Of a stretch of DNA of 57,968 nt, positions 1-9,505 are shown piece after piece (within the stretch, counting starts at the first letter, position 1; each line of letters opens with the position of its first letter). This DNA comes from Fidelibacterota bacterium (GTDB lineage: Bacteria; Fidelibacterota; Marinisomatia; Marinisomatales; TCS55). The stretch spans positions 1-57,968 of the forward strand of contig JBHHTW010000013.1 of assembly GCA_046861385.1 (NCBI GenBank), in the 5' to 3' direction. Both the position numbers and the translations under genes were made by a program. Under the pieces are notes generated by a model. That model was not told where the DNA came from, ran no database searches, and saw only the letters and a program-made list of their open reading frames with translations.

Positions 1-417
1 GATAAAGCTGAAACAAGTATTTACGAATCTATTCGATGGGCCGAGATCATTATGGGGTCTGTGGGAATATTGTTTTTTCTATTTCCGAAAGTCTTTCTCT
101 CAATTTTTACTGATGATCCAAACGTTATTCATTATGGAACCTTTGGTTTGCGCGTATTGGGGCTTATTCAGTTTGTTGATGCCGTTGCAATGACGCTATG
201 GTTTACACTGTCGGGGGCTGGAAACACCTTTTTTCCGGCGGTAGTCGAATCTTCTCTTATCTGGTTCTTTTTATTACCATCCAGTTATTTGTTTGGTATC
301 ATTTTAAGCGTTGGTTTTTATGGTCCATGGCTGATGTTTCCTCTTTATCTGATTTTCTTTTCAATTATACTGTGGCGGAAACTGAAAAAAGGTGACTGGA
401 AACATATTGAATTATAA
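1..417 (+). CDS. MATE-family efflux transporter, C-terminal fragment (5' truncated by window)
   Basis: Frame 1 is open from base 1 to TAA at 417. Hydrophobic helices, 'LSIFTDDPNVI' and 'LSGAGNT..P' motifs and a 'W..LKKGDWK' tail are typical of MATE C-terminal halves. Confidence 0.75.
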   Translation, partial: DKAETSIYESIRWAEIIMGSVGILFFLFPKVFLSIFTDDPNVIHYGTFGLRVLGLIQFVDAVAMTLWFTLSGAGNTFFPAVVESSLIWFFLLPSSYLFGIILSVGFYGPWLMFPLYLIFFSIILWRKLKKGDWKHIEL

Positions 418-440
418 ATTGATCAAAGTAATTATTAGCA

Positions 441-959
441 ATGGTGATTAAGTATAAAAATATTTTCCGCGACTTAAGGCGAATTTTTTGCATCGGCCCC
501 GTTGGGTTTCTGTTCACAATATTATTTTGGATTAGTGTGTATAAATTAGAAAATCAGGTTTCATTTCCAAAAATGAACATTAATCCAATGTTTAGAATTC
601 TTTTGGCGGTCATGTTTACAATCGATGGTGTTTATTTATTAATCGGTAGTTTATACTATTTAAACCCTCTACAAAGAGGAGAAACCATGGTAACAACAGG
701 GCCTTATAAATATATCCGGCACCCTTTATATAGTTCCCTTATCTATTCTTTTACAGCATTAATAGCCCTATGGTTTAAATCATGGTTTTTATTGTTTTCG
801 GTCGTTCCTGTTTCATTAATTTGGTCGCGTCTGGTCCAAAAAGAAGAAAAATACATGCTGAATAAATTTGGAAAAAAATATAGAGATTACATGGATAAAA
901 CGGGCCAATTTCTTCCTTCGTGGAGAACGTTAAAGGAAGAAGCAGAATCAAAGTCATAA
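441..959 (+). CDS. Isoprenylcysteine carboxyl methyltransferase / PEMT family membrane protein
   Basis: 'TTGPYKYIRHPLY' and 'EEKYM..KFG..Y..Y...TG.F.P' motifs; several TM helices. Confidence 0.85.
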   Translation: MVIKYKNIFRDLRRIFCIGPVGFLFTILFWISVYKLENQVSFPKMNINPMFRILLAVMFTIDGVYLLIGSLYYLNPLQRGETMVTTGPYKYIRHPLYSSLIYSFTALIALWFKSWFLLFSVVPVSLIWSRLVQKEEKYMLNKFGKKYRDYMDKTGQFLPSWRTLKEEAESKS

Positions 960-1089
960 TCAGAAAAACTTAAGTCACCTACGTAACCTTCATCTTGAAA
1001 ACTACAGATTTATTAGTGAGTTGACATCTCTATCAATAATAAATATTTACAATAATTAGTAATAATCATAATTAGTATAGGAATTACTT

Positions 1090-3807
1090 ATGGCAAAAAA
1101 CCAAGTTAATGGGTTTGAATATGTGCAGTCTTCAGGTGGAATTGAAGAATATAAAATGGGATCAAATGGCCTCACTGTTTTACTAATGGAAGACCATTCC
1201 GCACCCGTTGCAACATTTATGGTGACATATCATGTAGGGTCCAGGAATGAGGCTGTTGGATATACCGGATCCACACATTTACTAGAGCATCTCATGTTTA
1301 AAGGGTCTCACAAATTTAATAAGAAAAAAGGGACAGCTATTTGGACGGTCTTACAAGACGTTGGCGCCCGAATTAACGCAACAACCTGGATGGACAGGAC
1401 CAATTATTTTGAACTGTTGCCAAGCGAGCATTTAGAAACAGCAATTGCTATCGAGGCAGATAGAATGCGCCATGCCTTTATAAACGACGAAGACAGACAG
1501 CCGGAAATGACAGTGGTGCGGAATGAATTTGAAAGGGGGGAAAATGATCCGTTCGATGTTTTGGATAAAAACATTTGGGCCACAGCGTATCAAGCGCATC
1601 CGTATCATCATTCTACCATCGGCTGGAGATCGGATATTGAAAATGTATCCACTGAAAGGCTGAAGGAGTTTTATAATACATACTATTGGCCAAACAACTC
1701 CACGGTCACTATTATTGGCGATTTTGAAACAGATAAAGCACTAAGGCTCGTTAAAGATTATTTTGGCAAGCATAAAATGAGTCCAGCAAAAATTCCAAAA
1801 ATGTATACAACAGAACCTAAACAAGAGGGCCCCCGCAGGTTGTCGATTAGACGAGCTGGAGAAACAGGGATCGTAGGTATCGCCCACAAATCTCCAACGG
1901 GATTAGAGGAAGATACGTATTCCATACAAGTTTTATCTAAAATACTTGGCGGAGGTAAGTCCAGTCGTTTATATAGAAAAATTGTAGATAAAGGATTGGC
2001 AACAGGAATGTTTATGTGGGATTTCCCATTTAAAGATAATGGTTTGTTTGTCACATATGTTTTTATGACGCCCGGCACAGATCACGCTGAAGTGGAAAAA
2101 ATTGTACTGGATGAATATGAAATAATTAAAGAAAAAGGCGTAGCCAAAAACGAGATAAAAAGAGCAAAAGCACAAATAAATTCGGAAATGGCTTTTTCTC
2201 GAGACGGTTCCTATTCCATTGCATCTGCATTAAATGAAGCTATCGCTATTGGGAATTGGAAATTTTATACTACCTATAAAGAAAAAATAATGGCGGTTAC
2301 GGTTAAAGACATTAAACGCGTAGCAAACAAATATTTAAACGAAACCCAAAGCACTACTGGATATTTTATTCCTGAAAACCAAGGAGCCTCTAAAGGAGAT
2401 AAGCCGGGGTCAGCTAAAATTAACAAACCACTTAACGTGCGCCCTGAAAACATGGGCATACCAGAAAGAAACCAAAAGAACCGAAGGAAGCAATCACAAA
2501 AAAGGAATGAATTGGGAAAACCCAAATCTCTTTCTACAGAGATCATAACGTCAACGCAAATAAACGGACTACAGCTAAAAACAATGAAAACGCCCATCAA
2601 GGACGTTGTTACATTGACGGGGAGCATACTTGGCAGCGGTCAATTCAGCGGGACAGAAAACAGAGTCGTAGCTGATTTAACAGCAGATATGTTAGACGAA
2701 GGAACAACAAAACATACAAAATTTGAAATCAGCGAATTGCTTGAATCAGTCGGCGCGAACATAAGTTTCTCTAGTGATAAATATCGTGTACGATTTAATG
2801 CTCATTGTTTAACAAAAGACCTTCCTCTTGTTATTGATCTGCTGGGAGAACAATTAATGTTCCCGGCTTTCCAGGAAGCTGATCTCAAAAACTTGAAAAA
2901 GAGGAGAATAGGAAGCTTAAAAAAAGCAAACGAAAATACACAAACCAGAGCGGCGGGGACGTTCAAGCGATTATTATACCCAAAGGGACATCCTAATTAT
3001 TCTGTCCCAATCAAAGATGAAATTTCAGATATTGAAAAAACCACCGTTGATGATTTAAAGAAATTTCACAAAAACTATGGAATGGGAAATATGAACCTTG
3101 TGGCAGTAGGCGATGTTGATAAGAAGACGTTAGAATTATCGCTGATAAAAGCCTTTGGAAAGTGGAAACAATCCAATCTGTTTATACCAGCGAAAACACC
3201 CAAAGCAAACCAGGTTAATAAAGTGACAAAATATGTAACGATTGAAGATAAAACAAGCGCAGATATGTTTCTTGGTATTCCTATTGGAATTGACAGAGAC
3301 CACCCTGATTACTATACGCTAATGGTTGGAAACTATATTTTGGGCGGAAACTTTTCCGCCAGACTGATGCAGTCGGTTCGGGATGAAAAAGGCTTAACAT
3401 ATGGTATATATTCAAGTATTCAAGGTGTAAATGATGGCGCGGATGGTTATTGGAGCGTATGGGGTACATTTTCTCCTGATTTGCTAAAAGAGGGAAAAAA
3501 AGCCGCTATTGAACAAATAAAAATGTGGGTTAAAAATATAACTGAAAAAGAGCTCAAAGCAAAAAAAGAAACCATCATCGGTTCATATAAGGTTGGACTT
3601 GCTACGACCGGAGGTCTGGCAAGTCAAATATTAACAAATGCTGAACGTGGCGATCCAGATTCTATGTTGGATCAATATCCGACTATTATTAGAAATGTAT
3701 CATTAGACCAAGTCAACAAAACCATAAAAAAATATATTTCACCGGATAAACTGGTCATGGTTGTTGCGGGATCAATCGATAAAAACGGTAAACCGCTTTC
3801 AAAGTAA
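1090..3807 (+). CDS. M16 family zinc metallopeptidase (pitrilysin/PqqL-like, two fused halves)
   Basis: Inverted zincin motif HLLEH, 'NATTWMDRTNYFE', and second-half 'RDEKGLTYG' R/Y pair; 905 aa. Confidence 0.93.
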   Translation: MAKNQVNGFEYVQSSGGIEEYKMGSNGLTVLLMEDHSAPVATFMVTYHVGSRNEAVGYTGSTHLLEHLMFKGSHKFNKKKGTAIWTVLQDVGARINATTWMDRTNYFELLPSEHLETAIAIEADRMRHAFINDEDRQPEMTVVRNEFERGENDPFDVLDKNIWATAYQAHPYHHSTIGWRSDIENVSTERLKEFYNTYYWPNNSTVTIIGDFETDKALRLVKDYFGKHKMSPAKIPKMYTTEPKQEGPRRLSIRRAGETGIVGIAHKSPTGLEEDTYSIQVLSKILGGGKSSRLYRKIVDKGLATGMFMWDFPFKDNGLFVTYVFMTPGTDHAEVEKIVLDEYEIIKEKGVAKNEIKRAKAQINSEMAFSRDGSYSIASALNEAIAIGNWKFYTTYKEKIMAVTVKDIKRVANKYLNETQSTTGYFIPENQGASKGDKPGSAKINKPLNVRPENMGIPERNQKNRRKQSQKRNELGKPKSLSTEIITSTQINGLQLKTMKTPIKDVVTLTGSILGSGQFSGTENRVVADLTADMLDEGTTKHTKFEISELLESVGANISFSSDKYRVRFNAHCLTKDLPLVIDLLGEQLMFPAFQEADLKNLKKRRIGSLKKANENTQTRAAGTFKRLLYPKGHPNYSVPIKDEISDIEKTTVDDLKKFHKNYGMGNMNLVAVGDVDKKTLELSLIKAFGKWKQSNLFIPAKTPKANQVNKVTKYVTIEDKTSADMFLGIPIGIDRDHPDYYTLMVGNYILGGNFSARLMQSVRDEKGLTYGIYSSIQGVNDGADGYWSVWGTFSPDLLKEGKKAAIEQIKMWVKNITEKELKAKKETIIGSYKVGLATTGGLASQILTNAERGDPDSMLDQYPTIIRNVSLDQVNKTIKKYISPDKLVMVVAGSIDKNGKPLSK

Positions 3808-3866
3808 AATCAATCAATTTAAATAATAGAAAACAGAGTTTGATTATTTACAATCAACGTATTTAA

Positions 3867-4307
3867 ATGGAAGTTATATTAATTGCTGCTGTAACAGCGG
3901 ACGGCTTTATTGCGAGACATAGCCACGAAACGATTGATTGGTCAGAGGACCTGAATGTTTTTAAAAAACAGACAATGGGTTTTCCTGTAATTGTAGGTTC
4001 AAACACCTTTAAAAATATGCCAAATAGCCTGGTGGGAAGAAAAACAATTGTAGTTCACAGAAACGACGTTCCCGATCAAATAATAAGCAAACTAAAATCA
4101 GCGAAATGTTTTATTGCAGGAGGAGGAATAACGAATACCCGCTTTGCACCCTTTTTAACCCATCTTTATTTAACATTTCATCCATACATTTTTGGGAAGG
4201 GGGTTCCCCTATTTGTCGGATTAAAATCTGAATTCAAGCTATCGCTGGAATTAACAATCCCGATTAAAAACGGAATTACCCAATTCCAATACCGAATTAT
4301 TCATTGA
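3867..4307 (+). CDS. Dihydrofolate reductase / RibD C-terminal family protein
   Basis: 'AAVTADGFIAR', 'DL..FK..TMG..VIVG..TF', 'IAGGG' and 'FGKGVPLF' motifs. Confidence 0.85.
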   Translation: MEVILIAAVTADGFIARHSHETIDWSEDLNVFKKQTMGFPVIVGSNTFKNMPNSLVGRKTIVVHRNDVPDQIISKLKSAKCFIAGGGITNTRFAPFLTHLYLTFHPYIFGKGVPLFVGLKSEFKLSLELTIPIKNGITQFQYRIIH

Positions 4308-4357
4308 AAAAAGGTGTGATTTGGTAATAATTAACTAAGGGATAAAAAAATAAGAAA

Positions 4358-5338
4358 TCATGCTTTTTTTCGCTTCTCCCGAACGATAGCAGCTTTAATC
4401 TTTCCCCGAACAGCTTTATTCTCCAATGCGTTAATTTCGTCCATATTTCCTTCTAATCCGGCAACCACCAGTCTATTAACCATCTCTTCTTCAGTTTCAG
4501 TCCCGCTGTTTGACGTGAGCTCGGCCTCCGAAGAATTTGGGCTTGCATTTAGGGCAGCGGTTAAGCGGTCAGGCATTTTGCCTAATCGCTTCGCTTTAAC
4601 CAACGCCGCTTTAGCCGTCCCGCGCGTGGGTTTGTCCTGAATGGCGTTAATGAGATCCATATTTCCATCCAGCCCCTTTTGGACAGCTTGAGCAATAATA
4701 GTTTCTTTATTTAATTGAGGCGCAGACTTTTGATCTGGTTCGCCACCGTAATTATTCTCTATTTCCTCTTGGTTGTCTTGAAGTAAAAAAGAGAGGTTAT
4801 GCAGTATTAACGATCCTTTATCTGCGAAGCCCCAAGTGGTTAAAAAAGAAAACAAGCCGCGGCTGGAACGCTGGCAAATCACCTCTGAAGTACCACGAGG
4901 GGTCTGGTTTATTTCAAATGTAACCCGCTCTAGACTGACCGGGTTGAATCGCATCTCCAAATCCAGTCTTTTATTCGGCTCCATATCAATGATGCGCCCC
5001 TTATACCAAGGTAAAAAAGATTTTGGTCTTATCTTAAAAAAAGCCCCAGGCTCAAAAGAAAACATGTCAAAGGAAAATTGGTGAACATATCTTTGTTGAT
5101 CTACGACCGGTAAAACCCTGTTTATTCCGGGAAACCAAAGACAATAATCTTCAAAACGGATTAACATCTTCCAGACAGTATCCGGTTTGGAAACATATTC
5201 GTGTTGAACAACTGTTTCAGCTTGAAACGGGAAGTAAAAAGATTTGAACCGACTGTTGATTACTTGCTGAGAGCCTGCATCGCGGATGAAACAATAAACA
5301 GTTATTAAAACGACAATGGTTGCAAAGGTTAAAATCAT
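4358..5338 (-). CDS. Membrane-anchored hypothetical protein with SRPBCC/START-like domain and two C-terminal ~38-aa repeats
   Basis: N-terminal hydrophobic anchor; 'PDTVWKML..FEDY..WFPGI' resembles SRPBCC; repeated 'GL(D/E)GNMD.INA...K..RG..KAA.V..KR'. Confidence 0.6.
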   Translation of the reverse strand: MILTFATIVVLITVYCFIRDAGSQQVINSRFKSFYFPFQAETVVQHEYVSKPDTVWKMLIRFEDYCLWFPGINRVLPVVDQQRYVHQFSFDMFSFEPGAFFKIRPKSFLPWYKGRIIDMEPNKRLDLEMRFNPVSLERVTFEINQTPRGTSEVICQRSSRGLFSFLTTWGFADKGSLILHNLSFLLQDNQEEIENNYGGEPDQKSAPQLNKETIIAQAVQKGLDGNMDLINAIQDKPTRGTAKAALVKAKRLGKMPDRLTAALNASPNSSEAELTSNSGTETEEEMVNRLVVAGLEGNMDEINALENKAVRGKIKAAIVREKRKKA

Positions 5339-5410
5339 AATTTGTATTAAATATTTGGTGGAGATTTTACAGATGATTTTGTGTTTGAACCAACGACCGT
5401 AAAAGACTTG

Positions 5411-6067
5411 TTAATTTCTTACAAGATTATTTTCAATAGCGAAACGCGTAAGGCCTGCGATCTCTCGGACACCTGTTTTTTTCATAATATTCTGTCGATG
5501 TTTATAAACTGTAGATTTACTGATAAAAAGCATTTCAGAAATACTATTTGAAGTTCCTCCTTCTGCGATTAATTGCAGTATTTGTTTTTCACGTTTTGTT
5601 AAACAATCAAAACGCGACGAACCAAGTTTTTTATCAAATCTGTTTGTTGCTGCCTTAAGAACAGTTTTGGATATGGAGGGGGTAAAATAAGCTTCTCCAG
5701 CCATAACGGATCGTATTGCTTTGATGACGGTGGGTGCGGCTGATTGTTTATCAAGATAGCCCGAAACGCCACACCGTATTGCCTTTAATATATATTCTTC
5801 GTCTGTGTACATAGATAACAAAACGACCTTAGTTTTTTGCGTTCGTAAAATTTCTTCAGCCGCTTCCAAACCATTTAAAACCGGCATTGAAATATCCATT
5901 AATATTACATCCGGGCAGTGTTCTCTCGCCATTTGGATTGCCATATCCCCGTTTTCTGCTTCAGCGATAACTTTGATGTCTTTTTCTTCTGAAAGTAACA
6001 TTTTGATGCCATCGCGAACGATCGCATGGTCATCGGCCAATAATACTCGAATACGCTTATTTTTCAT
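5411..6067 (-). CDS. NarL/LuxR-family DNA-binding response regulator
   Basis: REC domain (ADDH, 'DVILMDISMP', phospho-acceptor Asp) plus LuxR HTH 'LTKREKQILQLIAEG'; ATGA overlap with the kinase stop. Confidence 0.95.
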   Translation of the reverse strand: MKNKRIRVLLADDHAIVRDGIKMLLSEEKDIKVIAEAENGDMAIQMAREHCPDVILMDISMPVLNGLEAAEEILRTQKTKVVLLSMYTDEEYILKAIRCGVSGYLDKQSAAPTVIKAIRSVMAGEAYFTPSISKTVLKAATNRFDKKLGSSRFDCLTKREKQILQLIAEGGTSNSISEMLFISKSTVYKHRQNIMKKTGVREIAGLTRFAIENNLVRN

Positions 6068-9000
6068 AAAATATCCATGTTTTTTATCGGTATAATTATG
6101 TTTAACCGAGTGCCTTTCCCCGGTTCGCTCTCAATATTAAAATCCCCGCCCAATGCTTTAACGCGTTCTCCAACGCCGACCAAACCAAGAGTTTTGATTA
6201 TATTTTTTTCCATTTCAATGGTATCAAACCCCTTTCCATTGTCCATAATATCAAAAATTAGTGAGCTATTTTCTTTAATAAAATTAATATTTATTTCAGA
6301 TGCTTCAGCATGTTTTGCCACGTTATTTAACCCCTCTTGAAAGATACGATAAAATGCAATTTTAATATTTGGATCCAGTTGCTCAACAATAATATCGCCA
6401 TTGATATTGACACGAATACCAGAGCGATCAGAAAACTTTCTTGAATGAGATTTAATAGCAGATAATAAACCCAGATCATCCAATTCAGGCGGCCTGAGCT
6501 CCATTGAATACCGGTGAATTTTTTTTGCAGTTTCTATGGCAAGTTCTTGACAGTTTCTCACTTTTTTCTCGAGCTTTATTTCATTTGAAACATCAGTCCG
6601 GATGCTTTCAAGCGTCATATTGATGGCCGTCATTGCCTGACCAATGTCATCGTGGAGCTCTAAACTGATTTTTTTTCGCTCACCTTCTTGAACATGAACC
6701 ATCTCGTTTGTGAGACGCTGAAGCTGTTTTCTTTGCTGTCTCAATTTATTAATACTTTCATTTAAATCGATTTCATATTGGATTCTCTCTGTTGTATCTC
6801 GTCCAATACATAGAATAGAAAACAATGATTTACTTTCATCTGGTTGAGGAATAAATGAGAATTCAAACCAAAGCGGAAATTGTTCAAAATCTATTTGAAC
6901 ATCGATTTTTTCTCCTTGCCCAGAATCAATAATACGGTCAAGAGTCTCTTCAATTACCGGTGTTCCCTTCTCCTTTAATATATCCGAGAATTGTTGTCCA
7001 ACAATTTCACGAGAGCCTTTACCGAGATACGTTAACATAGAATAATTTGCAAAAAGGACTGTGTGATCAGGATCTATTATAAATACGATATCCTCCATAT
7101 TTTCAACCAGTGTCCTGTACTGTTCTTCACTGATCCGAAGGTCCTGTTCTACGCTCTTTCTATCGGTAATATCTCGCACTCCGGAAATGGCTTCATTTTC
7201 ATGAAAAGGTAATATTGCCGCTTCAAAAACCTTTTGTTTACCACGAATTTCCAAATCATACTCGATCGTCACACGCCGCTTTTCGTTGATAACGGTGTTC
7301 AGTGCCTTCATTATCTTTTTAGATGTCTCTTTCGGGAGACTCTCAACCACAGTTGTGCCAATCAATACTTCTTTTGGTTTATAAAGCAAATTTTCAGGTC
7401 CGTAGTAGTCCAGGTAAGTTCCCACACTGTCTAATCGGAAATATAGATCGGGTATTGCGGTAAAAATTGCCTCAAGATTTTCTTTCGCCTCTAATATTTT
7501 CTTTTCCGCCATTACCTCACCAGTAATATTTTTCATATTGATTACAATCGCAGTGGGATCTCCACTGCTATTGTTTATGGTTGCGCCGGTTATTGTCAAA
7601 TAAATATACCGACCATTTTTATGCTTTGCTTTTATACGGAAAGAAGCATAGCCCTTTTCTAAAACCAAAGCACGATTTTCCAATACAATATTGAGGTCCT
7701 CCGTGTCGTAATATGTTTGAATTTCTAAATTTTCCACCTCTTTCCGCGTGTAACCAAAAAGATTGCAAAACGAATCGTTAAAACGCTGGAGCTTCAAATC
7801 TAATGAAAATTTTGCGATCCCATCTCCTGATGTTGAAAAAATAGTATTAATGTCCTCATTGAGTTTATTTAGCTCACCGGTTCGTTGTAAGACCTCCCTT
7901 TCAAGAGTTTCATTCCATTGTTCAACTTTATTACTGGCATTTATATATCGATTGAGAAAAACTCCGGACATTCCAAACGTCCATATTAAAAAACCGTAAC
8001 GATTTACAACTAATCCGTGTTTCCATAGAAGAGAATCCATTGCTTCAAACATAACGGTCAGGAGTAAAATCGTAATAAACACACTAACAACAGCGATTTC
8101 CTTTACGGGAATTTTTTTCCAATGATCAGGCAAGTCAGAATCATTATTGTAGGGCTTCATATTTATCCGCAAGCCCTTAATGGACAAATATGTTAAATAT
8201 CCCGAGATAAGAGGGAGGGAAAATTGCCAGGTTCTTAAGAGATCAAACAAGAAACTGGGTGGCGCTACAGTAGATAATACCATAAAAGAAAAACAGACGC
8301 TACAATACGTTTTAATAATTATTGTAATCTTATTTTTTAGATATATATTTACAACCAATGCAAACATAAGAGCAATGAAGAAAACAAAAATATATTCCAA
8401 TCTAAACGAAATAAAACCAAACGCACCGCCATTAAGATCATAATATGCTTTTATGGCATTATAAGCAGCAAAAGAGAAAGCAAGTATCGCAAAGAAAAGG
8501 TCAAGACGGTAATGTATTGGCTGGCGGATAAATAAATAAATCCACATAGCCGCGATCACAAGATAGATTGCAAAATGAGAGATAGAAAAAAATCGTAGCG
8601 TTAAGGATAATAAATCTTTTGTTGGACCAACGGTATAAGGCTCGCCATAATAAAACCCAGCCCCATAAATCGAAGGATCAGCAATAATATGGAACCCCAA
8701 GATATTTTGACCTTTTTGTATTAGATTTGAAGGGATTAAAACATGAAGCCCCTTTCCGCGCTTTGGTATAATTTCCCCTTCTTTATTATAGTGAAGTTCT
8801 TTTTCAATGGAAATACCATTCAAGAAAATCTCCCAATTTGATGCAATGCTTTTTAGGAAAAGGGACATGGGTTGTAATTCGGATGAATTTGTTTCAATCG
8901 TGAAAGAGGTTACAAAAGTAAACGATTCTGAAGGGCAGGTTTTAAACGATAAGTAGCGATGTGCGGAAGTGTTTTTTAACCCGAGCTTTCTGATAACAAG

Positions 9001-9189
9001 AGAACGGGGGCCATCCTTGCCTGGAATATGCAGCCAACTGCTGGTTTCGGTGGGTATATTTTCAATCCATGCGTGGTCGAACCCTTTCCGGACATAAATA
9101 TCCTGTTGGTTCAGGTTTATTGTTTGAGCACGAACAACAAAGGTTAAACCAAAGAACAAATGGCACAAAACTAAAATATGTTTTTTCAT
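6064..9189 (-). CDS. Sensor histidine kinase (signal peptide, extracytoplasmic beta domain, ~7 TM, three PAS, HisKA_3, HATPase)
   Basis: 'ERKKISLELHDDIGQ' H-box, 'QEGLNNVAKHA', 'DNGKGF', 'GKGT'; three PAS/PAC ends ('KNIT','RDITDRK','RDTTER'). Start placed at ATG 9189 (MKKHIL). Confidence 0.92.
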   Translation of the reverse strand: MKKHILVLCHLFFGLTFVVRAQTINLNQQDIYVRKGFDHAWIENIPTETSSWLHIPGKDGPRSLVIRKLGLKNTSAHRYLSFKTCPSESFTFVTSFTIETNSSELQPMSLFLKSIASNWEIFLNGISIEKELHYNKEGEIIPKRGKGLHVLIPSNLIQKGQNILGFHIIADPSIYGAGFYYGEPYTVGPTKDLLSLTLRFFSISHFAIYLVIAAMWIYLFIRQPIHYRLDLFFAILAFSFAAYNAIKAYYDLNGGAFGFISFRLEYIFVFFIALMFALVVNIYLKNKITIIIKTYCSVCFSFMVLSTVAPPSFLFDLLRTWQFSLPLISGYLTYLSIKGLRINMKPYNNDSDLPDHWKKIPVKEIAVVSVFITILLLTVMFEAMDSLLWKHGLVVNRYGFLIWTFGMSGVFLNRYINASNKVEQWNETLEREVLQRTGELNKLNEDINTIFSTSGDGIAKFSLDLKLQRFNDSFCNLFGYTRKEVENLEIQTYYDTEDLNIVLENRALVLEKGYASFRIKAKHKNGRYIYLTITGATINNSSGDPTAIVINMKNITGEVMAEKKILEAKENLEAIFTAIPDLYFRLDSVGTYLDYYGPENLLYKPKEVLIGTTVVESLPKETSKKIMKALNTVINEKRRVTIEYDLEIRGKQKVFEAAILPFHENEAISGVRDITDRKSVEQDLRISEEQYRTLVENMEDIVFIIDPDHTVLFANYSMLTYLGKGSREIVGQQFSDILKEKGTPVIEETLDRIIDSGQGEKIDVQIDFEQFPLWFEFSFIPQPDESKSLFSILCIGRDTTERIQYEIDLNESINKLRQQRKQLQRLTNEMVHVQEGERKKISLELHDDIGQAMTAINMTLESIRTDVSNEIKLEKKVRNCQELAIETAKKIHRYSMELRPPELDDLGLLSAIKSHSRKFSDRSGIRVNINGDIIVEQLDPNIKIAFYRIFQEGLNNVAKHAEASEININFIKENSSLIFDIMDNGKGFDTIEMEKNIIKTLGLVGVGERVKALGGDFNIESEPGKGTRLNIIIPIKNMDIL

Positions 9190-9246
9190 ACCTACGGGCA
9201 AAAATTACCTGTAAAAAGCTATTAAGTAGTGGAAAACTACCACAAT

Positions 9247-9305
9247 ACCATAAAAATACCAGTAATTACACCATAAAAATACCAGTGATTACACCATAAA
9301 AATAC
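9247..9305. repeat. Tandem repeat, 23-nt unit ACCATAAAAATACCAGT(A/G)ATTAC x ~2.6
   Basis: Units start at 9247, 9270 and 9293 (partial); one mismatch between the full copies. Confidence 0.9.
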
Positions 9306-9318
9306 TTAATAGTGATAA

Positions 9319-9347
9319 TTGACGCCGGAAGCATATTATAGTAAAAT
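9319..9347 (+). promoter_or_regulatory. Sigma70-type promoter TTGACG-17 nt-TAAAAT
   Basis: Near-consensus -35 (9319-9324) and -10 (9342-9347) with 17-nt spacer, just downstream of the tandem repeat. Confidence 0.65.
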
Positions 9348-9353
9348 CCATAT

Positions 9354-9453
9354 ATGAAATATAAGTAACTATATCTTGCTGCATCTGTTTGAAATATAAA
9401 GCTTTAGTGATTTATAATGAAAACCCTCCGTGCACCTGGAGGGTTTTCTTTTT
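9354..9453 (+). ncRNA. Candidate ~100-nt small RNA or attenuated leader
   Basis: Bounded by the promoter above and a strong intrinsic terminator; only trivially short ORFs inside; no family recognised. Confidence 0.35.
9419..9453 (+). terminator. Intrinsic terminator
   Basis: Perfect 11-bp stem GAAAACCCTCC/GGAGGGTTTTC, 8-nt loop, followed by TTTTT. Confidence 0.75.
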
Positions 9454-9505
9454 ATCTTATGGATATGGACGTATTAACTTTGCAGATGATAACAAGGAAT
9501 TATAA

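Noticed and set aside
9247-9305. CRISPR array
   Set aside because: Head-to-tail tandem units with no unique spacers and no cas genes.
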